Assembly (NCBI RefSeq): GCF_036321535.1
Contig: NC_087437.1
Location: 121,086,001 to 121,150,000 of the forward strand
Source of the DNA: Camelus dromedarius
Lineage: Eukaryota
Direction of reading: 5' to 3'
DNA length: 64,000 nt
Shown: positions 47,212-60,282 of the stretch, one piece after another
Numbering within the stretch: the stretch's first letter is position 1
How the letters are laid out: every line of letters starts with the position of its first letter
Notes under the pieces: generated by a model
Told to the model about the DNA's origin: nothing
Databases searched by the model: none
The model's input: the letters and a program-made list of their open reading frames with translations, nothing else
Translations under genes and position numbers: made by a program

Positions 47212-48176
47212 CCCCTCCTCTGTGTTGTGTGTTGTGTGTTTTCCCAGCAGACGCTCCCATACCCTCCCTTCCTTGTTGGTGTCTGGAACCCAGAGAGCTC
47301 TCATTAGTGCCAGTTATTGTTTATTTCTGAAATGTTGCTCAGCTTATAACACTCCTGAGTGCATTTCGAGGTCTGTTGATGCAGCCTATGCGACTTTCAG
47401 TCCAGAACATAACACCGAGGTGGAAAGGGAACGTGTCTGCAACAGTGTGTCCTAAGTCCATCTGGCCTGGCCGGGGCCTGGGACCGCCGTGCACACACCC
47501 AGGGGCCTCCCTACCTGGGCGGCCCCGGCGTCACAGTGCCGGGCTGGGGAAGCCCTGTCAAGGAGGGTTCGAGGCCAAACTTTCCTAATGTGATTCCTCA
47601 GCTCCCTCTGGTGCAGGGAGCTTCCTTGACAGCGTGGTGCAGGTGGCGAACAAGGGAAGGTGGGACAGCGGGACGGCAGCAGCGCTGTTCCCCTGGGTGG
47701 GCAGCACACGCCCTGCCTTCATCCACCCCCTCGGTGAGGCCCAGGTCCGCATCTGTCCACTGGCCCCCACCGCCGTGCACACTTACTCCGAACCTGCAAA
47801 ACCGTGCGTGTGAACCAGAGCGCCCTTCCCCTCCCTGCAGAAAGCACAGCCACCTCACAAAGCCTCCACAGAGAACCAATGATTGTTTTGTGTTTCCTGT
47901 TTGTTTTCTTGATTGTTAATTGAACGTGTCCTCGGGTCACCCCAGCCAGAACCCCCAAAATCCTCCAAGCTTCTCCCTTCCTCCTCAAAAAAATATCCAA
48001 GTGGCCATTGAAATGTGGTTCTCTCTGCTAAATTTCAGATCTTCTCTGGTCCTTTACTTGCCAAATGTGAATTCACTCACTGTGCCGCAAATCCTACCTG
48101 TGACACATGCCAGCCTTGGGAGTGCAAAGTCGACAGGTGGAGCCCGAGCTGCCAGCCAGGGAGAGGCGGGCTCTTG

Positions 48177-48346
48177 TTTGTTTGCTTTGTTTTTTAATCT
48201 TTGGTTTTATGGGGGGGGGGCATAATTAGGTTTCTTTCTTTCTTTGTCTATTTATTTATTTATTTTAATGGAGGTTCTGGGAATTGAACCCAGGACCTCG
48301 TGCATGCTAAGCACGTGCTCTACCACTGAGCCACACCCTCCCCCCA
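48177..48346 (-). mobile_element. Full-length camelid-type tRNA-derived SINE
   Basis: GGGGAGGGTGTGGCTCAGTGGTAGAGCACGTGCTTAGCATGCACGAGGTCCTGGGTTCAATTCCC head; 13-bp TSD aggc(g/a)ggctcttg at 48164-48176 and 48347-48359. Confidence 0.9.
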
Positions 48347-48789
48347 AGGCAGGCTCTTGGTACCCGTGATGTGTGTGGTGGCCGGGCATAGCCTCACGTG
48401 CATTGGTCCCAGAAGAGCACCTTGTCACTCCAGTGAGAGGATTCAGGGAGGGAGGTGGTGTGTGTAACACTCTCGCTAAATCTGGGGGCTCAAATTCTCA
48501 CCCTTCCTGGCATTTCTGTGTTTCCAACAGTGGGGCTCTGCCCAGGCCTCTCAACTTCTAGGAAATCTATGAAAGGCAAGACAGGGTTCTAGGATTTCAG
48601 TCAAATTGTGAGCTGAGTTGTCTGTCTTTATATTTTGAGTTATAAAAGTAATGCACCTTTGAGCCTGGCCTCTTGTGCTCAGCTCCTGGCCCCTCTGGAA
48701 ACACAGGAAGGGACTGCATAGACTAGGAGTGCATGGGAGAGAGAGAGAGGACGAAGACGTGGGAGGGGAGGAAAGGGGGATGACTGTGG

Positions 48790-51700
48790 CCATCTATGAC
48801 AAGGTAGCTTGTGTCAGATATACTCCTGCTAAGAATAACTTGAAAAGATGGATAAAATACAAACATCTGCTTAAATCTTTGGAAAGCTACTGGATAAAAC
48901 TAAGAATTGAGGGGCAAACATTCTGGAGACGAGGGAACTTCAGAGCGGTGAGCCAGCATTCTCCGATGGCTTTTTCCTTAAGTGCAACTGATGAATCTTG
49001 GCATTGGGTGCAAGGAGGAGAAAAGTGGCAGAAGGCCGCAACTAAGATACAGAGAAACCAGCAGACCTTCTGGGATCTCGTGGGGCTGGAGAAAATTATG
49101 TGGGAGTCTGTGACTGGCGGCAGCAAGGACTCAAGGGGACAAGGTTCCAGACAAACAAGAGGCACCAAGAAGATCTCTAGAGTTGGAGGTTGAAGCCTGA
49201 AGGCGTTTGCCAGGTTTTCATGCTATGCAGGGCAAATACTAAGAAGGCCAGCAGGAAGCCATTAAAAAGCCAAGCAGAGTTTTTCCAATCTCATTACCAA
49301 GTAGATAAAAGCCAGAGTAAAGACAAGCCAAGGAAGACTAGCTCTCCTCCTCCTCCTCCAGACATAGACCCGAGCTTACAGGGACCGCCTCTCAGCCTGA
49401 CGTCAATAAAAATCTTCTGCCCCCACTCAAGCCATCTGCCGGAGGATGAGGTGAATTTCTCAGAAGAAGAGAAACTCATTCAGAGCATCTAGAATTTTTC
49501 ATACACAATGTCAAACATTCAACCAAGGATGACAGTCATGCCAAGGAATGGTGCCAAGAGACAAAATAGACAATAGAAATAAACCCAGAGGTGACACCGC
49601 ATGAAAGGAGGCACAGATTTTAAATAATTGTGAAGAATATGCTCAAGAAAACAGATGTAATGATGGAGAGCTTTGTCTAAAACTGAAATGTAGAAAAAAG
49701 CAGCAAGTAGAAATTCTAGACTGAAAAAAGTAATCATGGTACTTACGAATGGATAGATGGATTTAAAGTAGAATGGACAGCCAGAGAGGGGATTCGTGGT
49801 GGAAGATGTGAAGCATCCAGGATGAAACTGGAGAGGAAAAAGGAGGGGAAATAATTGAATAAATGTGGTAGAATATGGTGAAGAAATTTCACTTTTTTCC
49901 CAGTGGAGTCCCACATGGGAGGAAAGAGAAAGAATGGGGGAATGTTTGAAGAGATAATGGTAAAGAATCTTCCAAAACAAAGACTCAAGCTACAAATCCA
50001 AGGAATAATATAAACCTTAAGAGAATAAATATTAATGAAGCAACACCTAAGTGCATCATAATGGAACTGATAAAAGCCAGAGATAAAGACTAATTGTTGA
50101 AAACAGAGGAAAAATAGGCATTAACTTCAAAGTTGCAGCAATAAGATTTATAGTAGATTTCCCAACAGGAGTGATGAAATTGAGAAGGTAATGGAATGGC
50201 ATCTTGAAGAGTCTGAAAGATAATAACTGCAAACCTGGAATTCTAGCCCACCAAGAATACTGTTCAAAGGTGAAGATGGAGCAAAACATTGCTAGACAAA
50301 AACTGAGCAACTTCAACACCAGAAGACCCACTTTAAATTAACATTAAAGGGAAGTGTCCAGACAGGATGACTGAAAGACAGAAAGGAGGAGAAGCTGAAA
50401 AGAGAAATAAGAAGGAAAATAGAAGTGAAAGTTGACCTACGTGCATACTCACAATGTTATGACGACGTATATTACATTCACAGTCCTAGGGCATCTAAGC
50501 TACAGGGAGAAATAAAATGCATGATGACATTGACAGGTGAGAGGGATCAATGGAGCTGGAGTGCTCTGAGATCTCAGCATTGCTCTGGAAGTGCAGGGGT
50601 GCTGGCATGGGCTTGGGTAACCCAAGAAAGCATGCTGTAATCTCTAGGGCAACCTCTGAAAGAACAGTAGAAGCCTGGTGTAAGTAAATGATGACTAGAA
50701 AAGGGGAAGTGAATAATAAAAGTGCTTGATTAATCCGAAGTAGTCAGGAAAAATGTGTAAAAGGAACATATAACAGTTGGGACAAATAGAAAACACATAA
50801 TCAGATAGTAGATATAAACCCAATTATCAATAATTAAATTAAAGGTGAAGTATTAAATATTTCAATTTACATATAGAAATTGTTAGTCTGGATTTTAAAA
50901 AAGGAGAAGAAAATCTGTGTGTTGCTTACAAAAGCTACATCCTAAATATAAGGGTCCAGAAAGGCTGGAAGTCAAAGGATGGAAAAGGCTACATGATGCA
51001 ACACTAACCAAAAAAGCTGGCCTGGCTCATTAACACCAGATAATGGAGATTCTGCAGTAGGAAGTGTTATTTGAGATGAAGAAAGACGTTTCATGAAACT
51101 AAAAGGTCAACCCTCTAGAGAGCTATAATCATTTTAAACATGTAGGTACCTAATAACATAGCTTAAAACACAGAAATCAAAAATCAACAGAACTGAATGT
51201 AGAAATAGGGAAAGGTAAAAAGAAATCATATTTGGGGATACCTGTCTCAATAATTGATAGGAATGGAGACAAAAATAATCTCAAAATGGGAAAGGCTATT
51301 AGAAGTTTGGAGTAAAACACTGAAGCCATAAAAATAAGATTGGAAAATTTCATCACATGAAAACTTTAAAGTCACATGGGATAAAACACCATAAGCAGTC
51401 AAAGGACAAACGACAATGTGAGAAACAATTTGTCACACAGGTCACAGAGAAAGAGCCAGTCACACCCAACCATCTCCCACCAGTGGTGAACAAACACTGA
51501 CAACATGACAGAAAGTGAGCTAAGGACACAGACAGACAGCCAACTGAGAAACGACTGTGAATGTTTCCTAAACACGAACGTACGCTCAACTCCCCTCAAA
51601 ATGAGAGAAAACAAATTTAACAGCCAAGTGATATCATTTTTCACTTTTCAAATTGGAAAAGACAAAAACCGCTGACGCCGAGGTCACGGCTTGGGCAGGG

Positions 51701-52600
51701 AGCGGGCAGGGCAGCGCGGCGGGCCCCCAGCCGGGATGCGGCAGCTCCCGCAGCTCCGGGGGCAGCTTGCCGCTGCGCGCCGAGGTGGGAAGCCCGCGCC
51801 TTCGGCCCAGTCCCCGAGCGGCGGTCCTGCAGGTGTTCCTGAACAGGCGCGAGGCCTGTGCAGAAGCACCACAGCATGAGCTCGTTCAAAGCTCCATGAC
51901 ACAGAACACGGGAAACAGATGCCGGGGGCCCACCCCCGCCTCCTGGTGTCCGCGGGCAGCGTGGCCCCGGCCCCTCGAGCGTGGTCAGGACCTGTGACAC
52001 GCTTACAGGCACAGAGGATACAGCAAAGGTGGCGGGACGTGCATGATCACACGCGTGTGATTATGTTACGTAAGATGGTAGCCCCGGTGCAGGGAGGAGA
52101 GCCTGCCCTCCTGTCCTGCTGTGAGCTGCCCGTGAGAGGCAAGTAAGCGAGGGCTGCCTCCACTGAGAGCCAGCAAAAGCCGAGCCCTCTCTCCCACCAC
52201 TGGCAGGAGCTGCATCCTGACAAGGCCCACCTGAGCTTGGCAGGGACCCCTCCCCGTGCTGCACCTTCAGATGAGACCCCGGGTCACAGCCCCGTGGGAG
52301 CCTAGCTCAGCTGCACCTGGGCGCACCCCCCCCCCCCCGCAGGCTGCGAGGCGACATGTGTGCCCCGTTTTAAGCCGGGAGGCTTGTGATACTTTGTTTC
52401 ACAGCAGAAGAAAGTGGACGCACAGGCCAACGTGGGATTCCAGGCAGCGGCGAACAGGAGAGGGAAACCTTTACACATTCCCAGGGAAGGAGCTCCCCAC
52501 TGGGCTGAGTTTAAAAAACACAGTGGGTAGAATGTGATATAGTTTGCATTTTAAAAATTTATACACACAAAGACATTATGTGTACATAGACATACCAACA
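48790..52600 (+). mobile_element. Degenerate L1 fragments (5' region, ORF1, inter-ORF, ORF2 end, 3' UTR)
   Basis: ORF1 motifs (caaatccaagga, ggaatggcatcttgaagagtctgaaaga, ctggaattctagcc) and ORF2 start (aaggctggaagtcaaaggatggaaaagg); 3' part GC-shifted from 51670. Confidence 0.8.
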
Positions 52601-53887
52601 GAGAGAGGAAACAGGAACTAGACTCGTAGATCCATAGGTCAATGGGAAGTGACTGATAGGTAGATGAGTCAGGCAGGGAGAGAGGCGAGGGGAGGGGGAG
52701 GCCGGCCTCGGCATCCGAGGGTTCCTTTTGTGTGAACTCGCCTGCTCACTCACATCTGTTTGCGGCCCCAGATCAGCACTCGCCCAGCTCGCGGGGTCAG
52801 GGTGGACGTGCGCAGCCGTCCGCACGAGCACTGAGCCTGGCTGATGAGAACGCAGTGAGCAGAGGCCCGCAGAAACCCAGCCCTGTATCTCCTTGGGAGC
52901 GATGCTTCACTGTTCACAGCATTTACTATTCAGTGTCTGTGCGACTTTGTACAACACAATCCTGTGGGTCACGGGAATGCGCTGCCCGTGCGCACGTGTG
53001 TACGTGGTCAGAGACCGCGGCTAAGTGGGTGAGTGGCTGCTTCCTGACAGGAGGCCGGGTCCCGGGGGACGAGGCTGAGGGAGATGCCATCCATGGCTTC
53101 GTCCCACGGCTTCGTCCCGCGGCTTCCTGTGGGCTGTGCGACCCTGCGGGCAGTCTGTGTCCTGTGGGGAGGCGGGTGGGGTATCCGGCCAGCAGGGTGC
53201 TGGGAAAGGCCGACAGGGACTGCCTTGGAGGAGGAGCCGGGCCATCCAAACACAGGGGGCTGCGCGGGAGGGAGACATGGGGGCTGTGACCCACTCCGAG
53301 TCCAGCATGGGTGCTCCGTGTGGCCCACGCATGGGAACCATGGGCCCAGGAGGCTGGCGTTGTCTGCAGCGCACGCGATTTTGCCCTAAATACATGGTCC
53401 TGTGGCCTTCCAAGTGCATGGACAGGGGGACAGTGGACACACAGGCAGGAAGCAGAGAGCAGTCCTTTGATGGCCCTGGGACGCCACTGAGTGACCTGAC
53501 TGCGGGTCCTCCTCACAGGGGGCAGCATGCCTGCGCCCCACGGGATGGGGTGTTTGACAAGAGGGGAGCTTCCTAACGCCGCCTGCCGGCGAGGTGAGCG
53601 ATGGCCCGGGGCCGCCCTGGCAGGTGACAGGACGGTGCCCAGCACACCCAAGGGGGTCCAAGGCACCGCCCGCCCAGACACCCACCCTCCCCTGCTCTGA
53701 GAACCAGGGCTGGAATCACGCCAACCCCCTCCCGCTCCCCTGGGGACACAATGGGACAGACTCCTGAGCCAGACGCTCCCAGGAAGTTTACGAGGTGCAC
53801 GACGCCACAGGCCAACAAACGTCCCCATGCCAGCCTGCGAACCGGAACTGGAAGCTTGTAGGGCCTGGAAACACAAGCTGCGAGGGG

Positions 53888-53894
53888 TATAAAA
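53888..53894 (+). promoter_or_regulatory. TATA box (TATAAAA) of KRTAP10 copy 5
   Basis: GGGGTATAAAAG about 80 nt upstream of the ATG. Confidence 0.8.
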
Positions 53895-53969
53895 GCCGAC
53901 AGCACACAGCACCTTACACACACACTCACACTCACATACTCACCCTCCTCCAGCCCCACCGCCCACACC

Positions 53970-54515
53970 ATGGCTGCGCCTGCCCTGTCCGTCTGTTCCA
54001 GCAACCTGAGCTATGGCAGCCGGGTCTGCCTGCCCGGTCCCTGTGACTCCTGCACCGGCTCCTCCTGGCAGGTAGACGACTGCCCAGAGAGCTGCTGCGA
54101 GCCCCCCTGCTGCGCCCCGACCCCCTGCCTGAGCCTCCTCTGCGCCCCAGCGAGCTGTGAGCCCTGCCCCTGCCCATCTGCCTGCACCAGCTCCTGCACG
54201 GCCTTGTGCTGCCCGCAGTCTAGCTGCCAGCCCTCCTGCTGCACCTCCTCTCCCTGCCAGCAGGACTGCTGTGAGCCTGTGTGCTGCAGGCCTGTGTGCT
54301 GCAGGCCCGTGTGCTGCAGGCCCGTGTGCTGTGAGCCCACCCCCTGCCCCTCGTCCTGCTACAGACCCTCCTCCTGTGTGTCCCTGCTCTGCCGCCCTGT
54401 GTGCAGACCCGCCTGCTGTGCCCCTGCCCCCTCCTGCCAGCCCAGCTGCTGCCACCCAGCCTCCTGCGTGTCCCTGCTCTGCCACCCCAGGTGCTCCCGC
54501 CCTGCCTGCTACTGA
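53970..54515 (+). CDS. KRTAP10: Keratin-associated protein 10 family, copy 5 (181 aa; ends RPACY)
   Basis: Intact Cys-rich ORF with three CCRPV units; Kozak accATGG; distinct C-terminus and 3' UTR. Confidence 0.93.
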   Translation: MAAPALSVCSSNLSYGSRVCLPGPCDSCTGSSWQVDDCPESCCEPPCCAPTPCLSLLCAPASCEPCPCPSACTSSCTALCCPQSSCQPSCCTSSPCQQDCCEPVCCRPVCCRPVCCRPVCCEPTPCPSSCYRPSSCVSLLCRPVCRPACCAPAPSCQPSCCHPASCVSLLCHPRCSRPACY

Positions 54516-54920
54516 GTGATCTTCAGGTCACCCCAAAGCTCACTACCATCTGCACCCCTGGATCCTTACTCAGGGCCAGGACAGCTGTGGAGCACTCCCC
54601 TGCAGTGGACACTATGTCACCTGGCCACTCACTGTGCATTTCTTGTCCTGGGAATAGCACACTAACTTCTTCAAGCATTGACAACCCCCAGCCCCGGTCA
54701 CATGCCACCCCCCCGGCCTGGGTTGGTACTGACCCCAGGGAGGCAGCCAGCCCCCCCTCAGGCTGGGACCCTGGTGTGGAGTAAAGGACAAGAAGGCATA
54801 TGCTGGGAGGTGGTTTGTCTTCGCGGCCCCTAGACCCTGGTGTGGCCCTGGCTCCTCCACTGGTTCCTAACTGCTTTCTTAATTTTTTTTTCCTTCCTCT
54901 GTGAGCTGTCAGTCCTTTCC

Positions 54921-54926
54921 AATAAA
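54921..54926 (+). terminator. AATAAA poly(A) signal of KRTAP10 copy 5
   Basis: About 405 nt after the stop. Confidence 0.7.
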
Positions 54927-55759
54927 TTCTTTCCTGATCCATTAAACCAGAGTTCGTTTCTGCTGTTTACAGCAAAGACCCCTGCCTGACCCTCCCCCAG
55001 GTAAGAGTGGGCCTGGGTCACTGCCAAGGGCCCTGGTGTTCCTGCCCCTTCAGTGGTGTCCAGGAGCTGCTCCACCACTCTAGACATGTGTATGTCCAAG
55101 GGGAGCACGTGTTTTCATGGATGCAAAGGCTGAGTGGCCTAACAGTGGTGCTGCCCTGGGAAGGAGCTGCCCTACAGGGGTGACCCCCAAACCCCGATGG
55201 TCTCCAGTTCCCCCACTCCAGAAGGATAAAGCCCCTGGCCCCAGGCAGGAAAGAGCAAGGCTGGCCTGGGACGGCCACCCTCGGGCATCTGGGAACGTGC
55301 ACTTGGGGAAGGTCCCACTGTGGAGTGACAGGGGCCTCCCGGGTCTAAACCGTCTGCACACGCAGTATGGACAGCTGCGCTCCCTCTGGGAGTCTGGAAC
55401 TTGGGCGCAGGCCAGGTGGAGGGCACCCACGTGACCAGCCCCCAGGAAAGCCCTGGGCGCTGATCTCCCACGAGCTCCCTGCTGGCGGGTCAGTGCTTCC
55501 TTGTGACTCCCTGGGGTGGGGGTGGGGACATTCAGGAAGCCTGTGCCCGCTGTCCCCTGGCCTCTCCCCACGCGACCCTCCCTGTGCTGACTTACTCTCT
55601 GGGCTGAGTTGTGCGAGACACAGTGAATCACCAAGCCTGGGGGAGGCCCCAGGGACCCCAGTACCCATCAGATTGGCTAAAGAGCTCAAGTCCGACCGTG
55701 ACAAGCACGGCCCGGAGCGCAGGAAACAAGACCCACTCAGATGCAGGCGCGATTTCCGG

Positions 55760-58700
55760 TTTTCAGAGCAGGTGGGTTACACCTGGGAACGCGGCACCTG
55801 TGCCCACCCTCCCCCGGCGGCCTCCAGGGGAGGGTCCTCCTGTCTGCACAAGAACCCACACTGGTCATCTCGCAGCAGCATTAAAAATGACCTAAGCGCC
55901 CCTCAGCAGGAGAATGGACAATTGAACCACAGCCTATACACGCAAGGAAGGTGCGTTTAAACGGCTGAACCAGAGAAACACACCCATGGACGAACCTCAA
56001 AAGCATAGCGTGGAGCGAAAAAAAAATCTTGATGCAGATTGATACATACGCAGTAATACACATATACAGGCCAAACCATACAGCGATCCTTTGTCTTCAC
56101 GGCTATGAACACCTCTGTTAAACTCCAAAACATCTGCAACACCAGCCTCAGAATAGTGGCTACTCCGACGGAGGGTGGAGGATGGGATGGGGGCACACGG
56201 GGACTTCGGTGGCACCTGTGACATTCCGCACATGTGGCAAAACGCTGAGATTTGTTTACACCGATTTGTAGATGCATGAGTACTTATTACGCTATTTTCT
56301 AAACTTTCTGAAATGTTTTATAATTTAAAAAACTATCTAGAAAGGTGGAAAAGATGTTACCCAGACCACGCTCCTGAGCCAGGTTCCGTAAGATAGACTT
56401 GTGAAAACGCAAAGATGCTTCCTTCGGAAAATTTAAAGATGGCCTCTCTAGTTGAAGACACGGAAACCCAAGTACAAACTCTTTGGAAATAAATGAAGAA
56501 AGTATTTCAGCTCAGAATGTGTGTGCAGTTTGCGTAAAGCAGCATTCAGGGAGTCAATTAGCTCCTTAAAGAGACACGGTGAAAAAGTAATCAAGGTTAA
56601 AAGTAAGTACAATTTTAATTCAGAAAGTGAGGAAAACTTCTGAAAGGAAGTGAAAGAAATAAATGAATAAAACTAATGACCTAAGAACAAAGAAAGAAAT
56701 CGTAGATACAGGCAACACAGGGAAACATTTGTTTTCAAAAGATCTGTGCAGGAATTCAAAGCATGGCAGATCTAAAAGAGATAAATAAATATTGACTGAA
56801 GAAAGAGAAACTTTTAAACTATGAGAAAAAGAGCCATCTTTACGTCAACCCAACTGAAACTTTCAGATGAAGAGAGAAATTTCCCAGGAAAAGATCATCG
56901 CTGGAATCAACGCAAGAAAAGATGAAACGCTTGAACAGCCTGTGGTCACAGAAGAACTTGAGAAGCTGGGGGAACGCTTTCTGGGGCAGCAAGGACCAGG
57001 TCCAGACGTTGGTGCAACAGCAAGTAGGCCGAAGGAGCCTGATGACTCTGCGCCCCCACGGCACGTGGTTCGCAGTCGGCGTCACTGCGGGTTTGCGTGT
57101 AGCGAGGGCGCGGGACAACTCGATGTGTGCGCGGAAGACGGACGTTTGACTGATCGCTCACACCGCTAACTGGAGGTGGGTCTCAGAGCTGAATGTGGAA
57201 GGGAAACTGGAGATCGAGAGGAACGCACGGGGCAAAGGCTTTGGAAGCAGGACGTAAAAAACACTAAACACAGAAGAAAATAATCAATAAATTGGACTTC
57301 ATTAAAATTAAGAACAAGTCATCAAAAAACGCCATGAACACAACACACCCGTTAGAGTGACTCAGATTTGAAAAGCTAACGATGCCACGTGTCAGCGAGG
57401 ACGTGGAGGAACTGGACCCACGGGGATTTGCAGGCGGGAGGGTAAAACGGCACAACCCCCCGAAACCGGCCGGCAGCCTCCCAAGCGCGCGCGTGGGCCG
57501 GCTGCCCCCGGGCTAGTCTTCCGAGCGAAGTGCAGCACACCGCCAAAGAGCTTCTCACCGATGTTCAGAGGAGCTGCTTTTCCCTCCTAGCCGTATGAGC
57601 CCCAGCAGCAAAATGGATAAACCAGTGGTGCTGTATGTACACAGCGGGCTACTCCTCGGCGCAGAAAGGACCCGCCGCCGCTGCGTGGAGCCACATGTGT
57701 GTGGATCTCCCTCAGCGTCCTGAGGGGGAGCGCCGCACCGAAAGGGTTCACGCTGCCTAATCCAGTTCACATGAGACGCCAGGAAAGACAAATGCTGTCG
57801 AGACACAGAGGGGATCTGGAGTTTCCTGGGTTCGGGGTTGTGAGGGGATGGGACTGACTGTGAAAGTGCACATGGGAACCTTGGGGGCGATGGGAAAGTT
57901 CTGTACCTTGCTTCTGGAAGCGGCCTCACAGGGGTACACGTTTCCCAACACTCAGCAAATGGAAACTTTAAATAAGGACGATTTACAGTATGTAACTACA
58001 CCTCTATAAGGCCGGCTTGTAAAACGGACAGCATCTAGGGGATGAAGAACACAGCCCAGGCCTGGATGAGCGATTTACGATGCACCTGTCCCGGGCGAGC
58101 CGCAGCTGCGAGGGCGGCTCCTGAGGGCCGGCTGCGCCTCGCCTCTCCCAGCTCCGCGCTCAGCCACGCCGCACTGGTGCTGGTGGTGAGAACGTCCACA
58201 CCGTAGAAGCTGGTGTGTGCAACCAGTCAGGGCTTTCTTGTTTTCGTTTTACAGACAGCCAGTTATTAAACAGTTACCAGTAAGCCACTGCATAGATACA
58301 ACAGACAACTCATGTTCAGAATGTATAATAAATGTCTACAAAAAATAAGAAATATGAATAACTCTGTTAAAAACAAAATGAGCAAATGACGTGCACAACT
58401 GCCTCACAAGAAAAGATATCTGAATGTCCAACAAGCGGCTTTACTGCACTGGGGACGCACATGAATGCAACAGCACGATATCCCCACACACTTTCCAAAA
58501 TGGATACAAATACCTCACTTTATAAAGGATACAGAGGGATTGGAATGCGTAAAACTGACTAGTGGAGATGTGACTTTCTTTAGAAAGTTGTTGGGCAGTA
58601 CATGCTAAACCAAACATACGCCTTTCCTGTGACCCAGCATTTCCACTCCTGGGTATACAATGAAGAGAAATGAGCGAGCATATCCACCAAAAGCAAAATG

Positions 58701-59020
58701 TACAAGAATTTTTATAGCAGCATTATTAACATTAGCCAACATTTGGAAATAATCAAAACCTCTGCCACTGAGAAAGAGAACATTAAGTAATATTTAAACC
58801 AATGATTGTATCACAGAAAAAGAATGAACTGCAATGTGGGCAGGCACATGGCCCTTTTGGCTGAGCAAAATAAGGCATAAACAGAAGGGTAGGCAAAACT
58901 CATCATTGGGGAGAGAAGGTGGAATTGTGACTCCTCCTTGGGGGAAGTGGGTCAACTGAAAGACCACACAAGGGAACATTTAGAATTCTGGAATGTTCTA
59001 CAGCCTCAACAAAATATTCA
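55760..59020 (+). mobile_element. Cluster of old L1 fragments (L1ME/MC-type 3' ends and ORF2 remnants)
   Basis: ggacgaacctcaaaagcat, aattggacttcattaaaattaagaac and tgtgacccagcatttccactcctgggtata motifs. Confidence 0.7.
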
Positions 59021-59800
59021 GAGGGAAATTTTTTTCCAATCCAGAAGATTATCCCCAGCTAAACCATCCATCAAGTATAAAGGCAGGGTAAGGCATTTTT
59101 AGTTCTGCTGTGCTCAAAAAAATCTATCTTCCATGAACCTATTTTCAGAAAGCTATTGGAGGGTGTGCTCCACCAAAATAAGGGTGTAAACCCACAAAGA
59201 AAAAGACGCATCTTTTGGGAAATAATAGATCCAGGATAGGAGAGAGGTGATGGAAAATCCAAAGACAGGAATGAAGGGAACTCCCTGAATGATACCTGTG
59301 CATCTGGCCAAGATCACCCAATAGATATTAGCCCACAAACAAAGAGGGCTCCAGAGGAGGTGCTTCCAAAAAACAAATAAAGATGGTAGATCACCTGGTA
59401 GGTCTGAGTCTTTTGAGTGAGCTTGGAATGAACTAGTCAGAGAGCTTCAGGGTGATTTATCGATAGGTACGCAGAAAAATAAACAAACACAAGATGCAAT
59501 TGTAACTCTAAGAAATGAAAAACACAGGCAAAAATGAAACATATATAAACAGGGAAATAAAATCTGGTTTCACTACACAGACTTGGCTACAGATAAACTC
59601 ACTTGATTAAAATAATAAAGATTTTGAACATGGATTTAACCAAATATTGGGGTATGACTGCCTTCTAAGGATGGGAAGAGGGAACCTTCTCTTTGGGCTG
59701 CTGGAAAACATGAGAAAAGCTTTCTTCTACAGTAGGAAAGCAAATCATACCTAAAACTAAAACTCAAAACTAATGCAACATGCATGTTACTTAGTAATTA
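59020..59800 (+). mobile_element. HAL1-like fragment
   Basis: cccagctaaaccatccatcaagtataaaggc...cagaaagctattggagggtgtgctccaccaaaataagggtgtaaacc. Confidence 0.65.
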
Positions 59801-60282
59801 CGAGACACATAGGGGAACTAAGAACAGTGCCTGGAAGGGACACTGGAAGAAACGCACCCGGGGAGGAGCTGGGGACACCCTGCCGGGGCCTCCACTGGAG
59901 CAGGGATGCGGGCACTCCTGTGGGCCAAGACACCCATTGCTCAGGGCAGGAGGGACTGAGATGCCTGTGGAGCACCTGCAGGGGCAAAACACCCTGAGAC
60001 TAGAATTCACATCAAAGGTGAACAAGCAAACAGATGGAAGGAGGAGCCAAGATTTTACACACAACTCATCAGCCATTCAACCACCAGAGTCTGCATCTCA
60101 GCACTGCTTTCAAGACACAAACACACCTCCAGTCACCAGCCATGAGAAGCCTAGAGGACAGTGTTACAAACATCTCACAGTAAATAAATGAGGAAGCATT
60201 GTCAGGGAAGGTGCTCTGAGCAATAATAAGGAAAGGGAAGAGCTGTTGAGAATCAGGTGAGGCCCAGCTCCTCTGAGAGGGG

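Noticed and set aside
21556-48346. tRNA genes suggested by A/B-box motifs
   Set aside because: They have A-rich tails, TSDs and no cloverleaf, so they are SINE heads.
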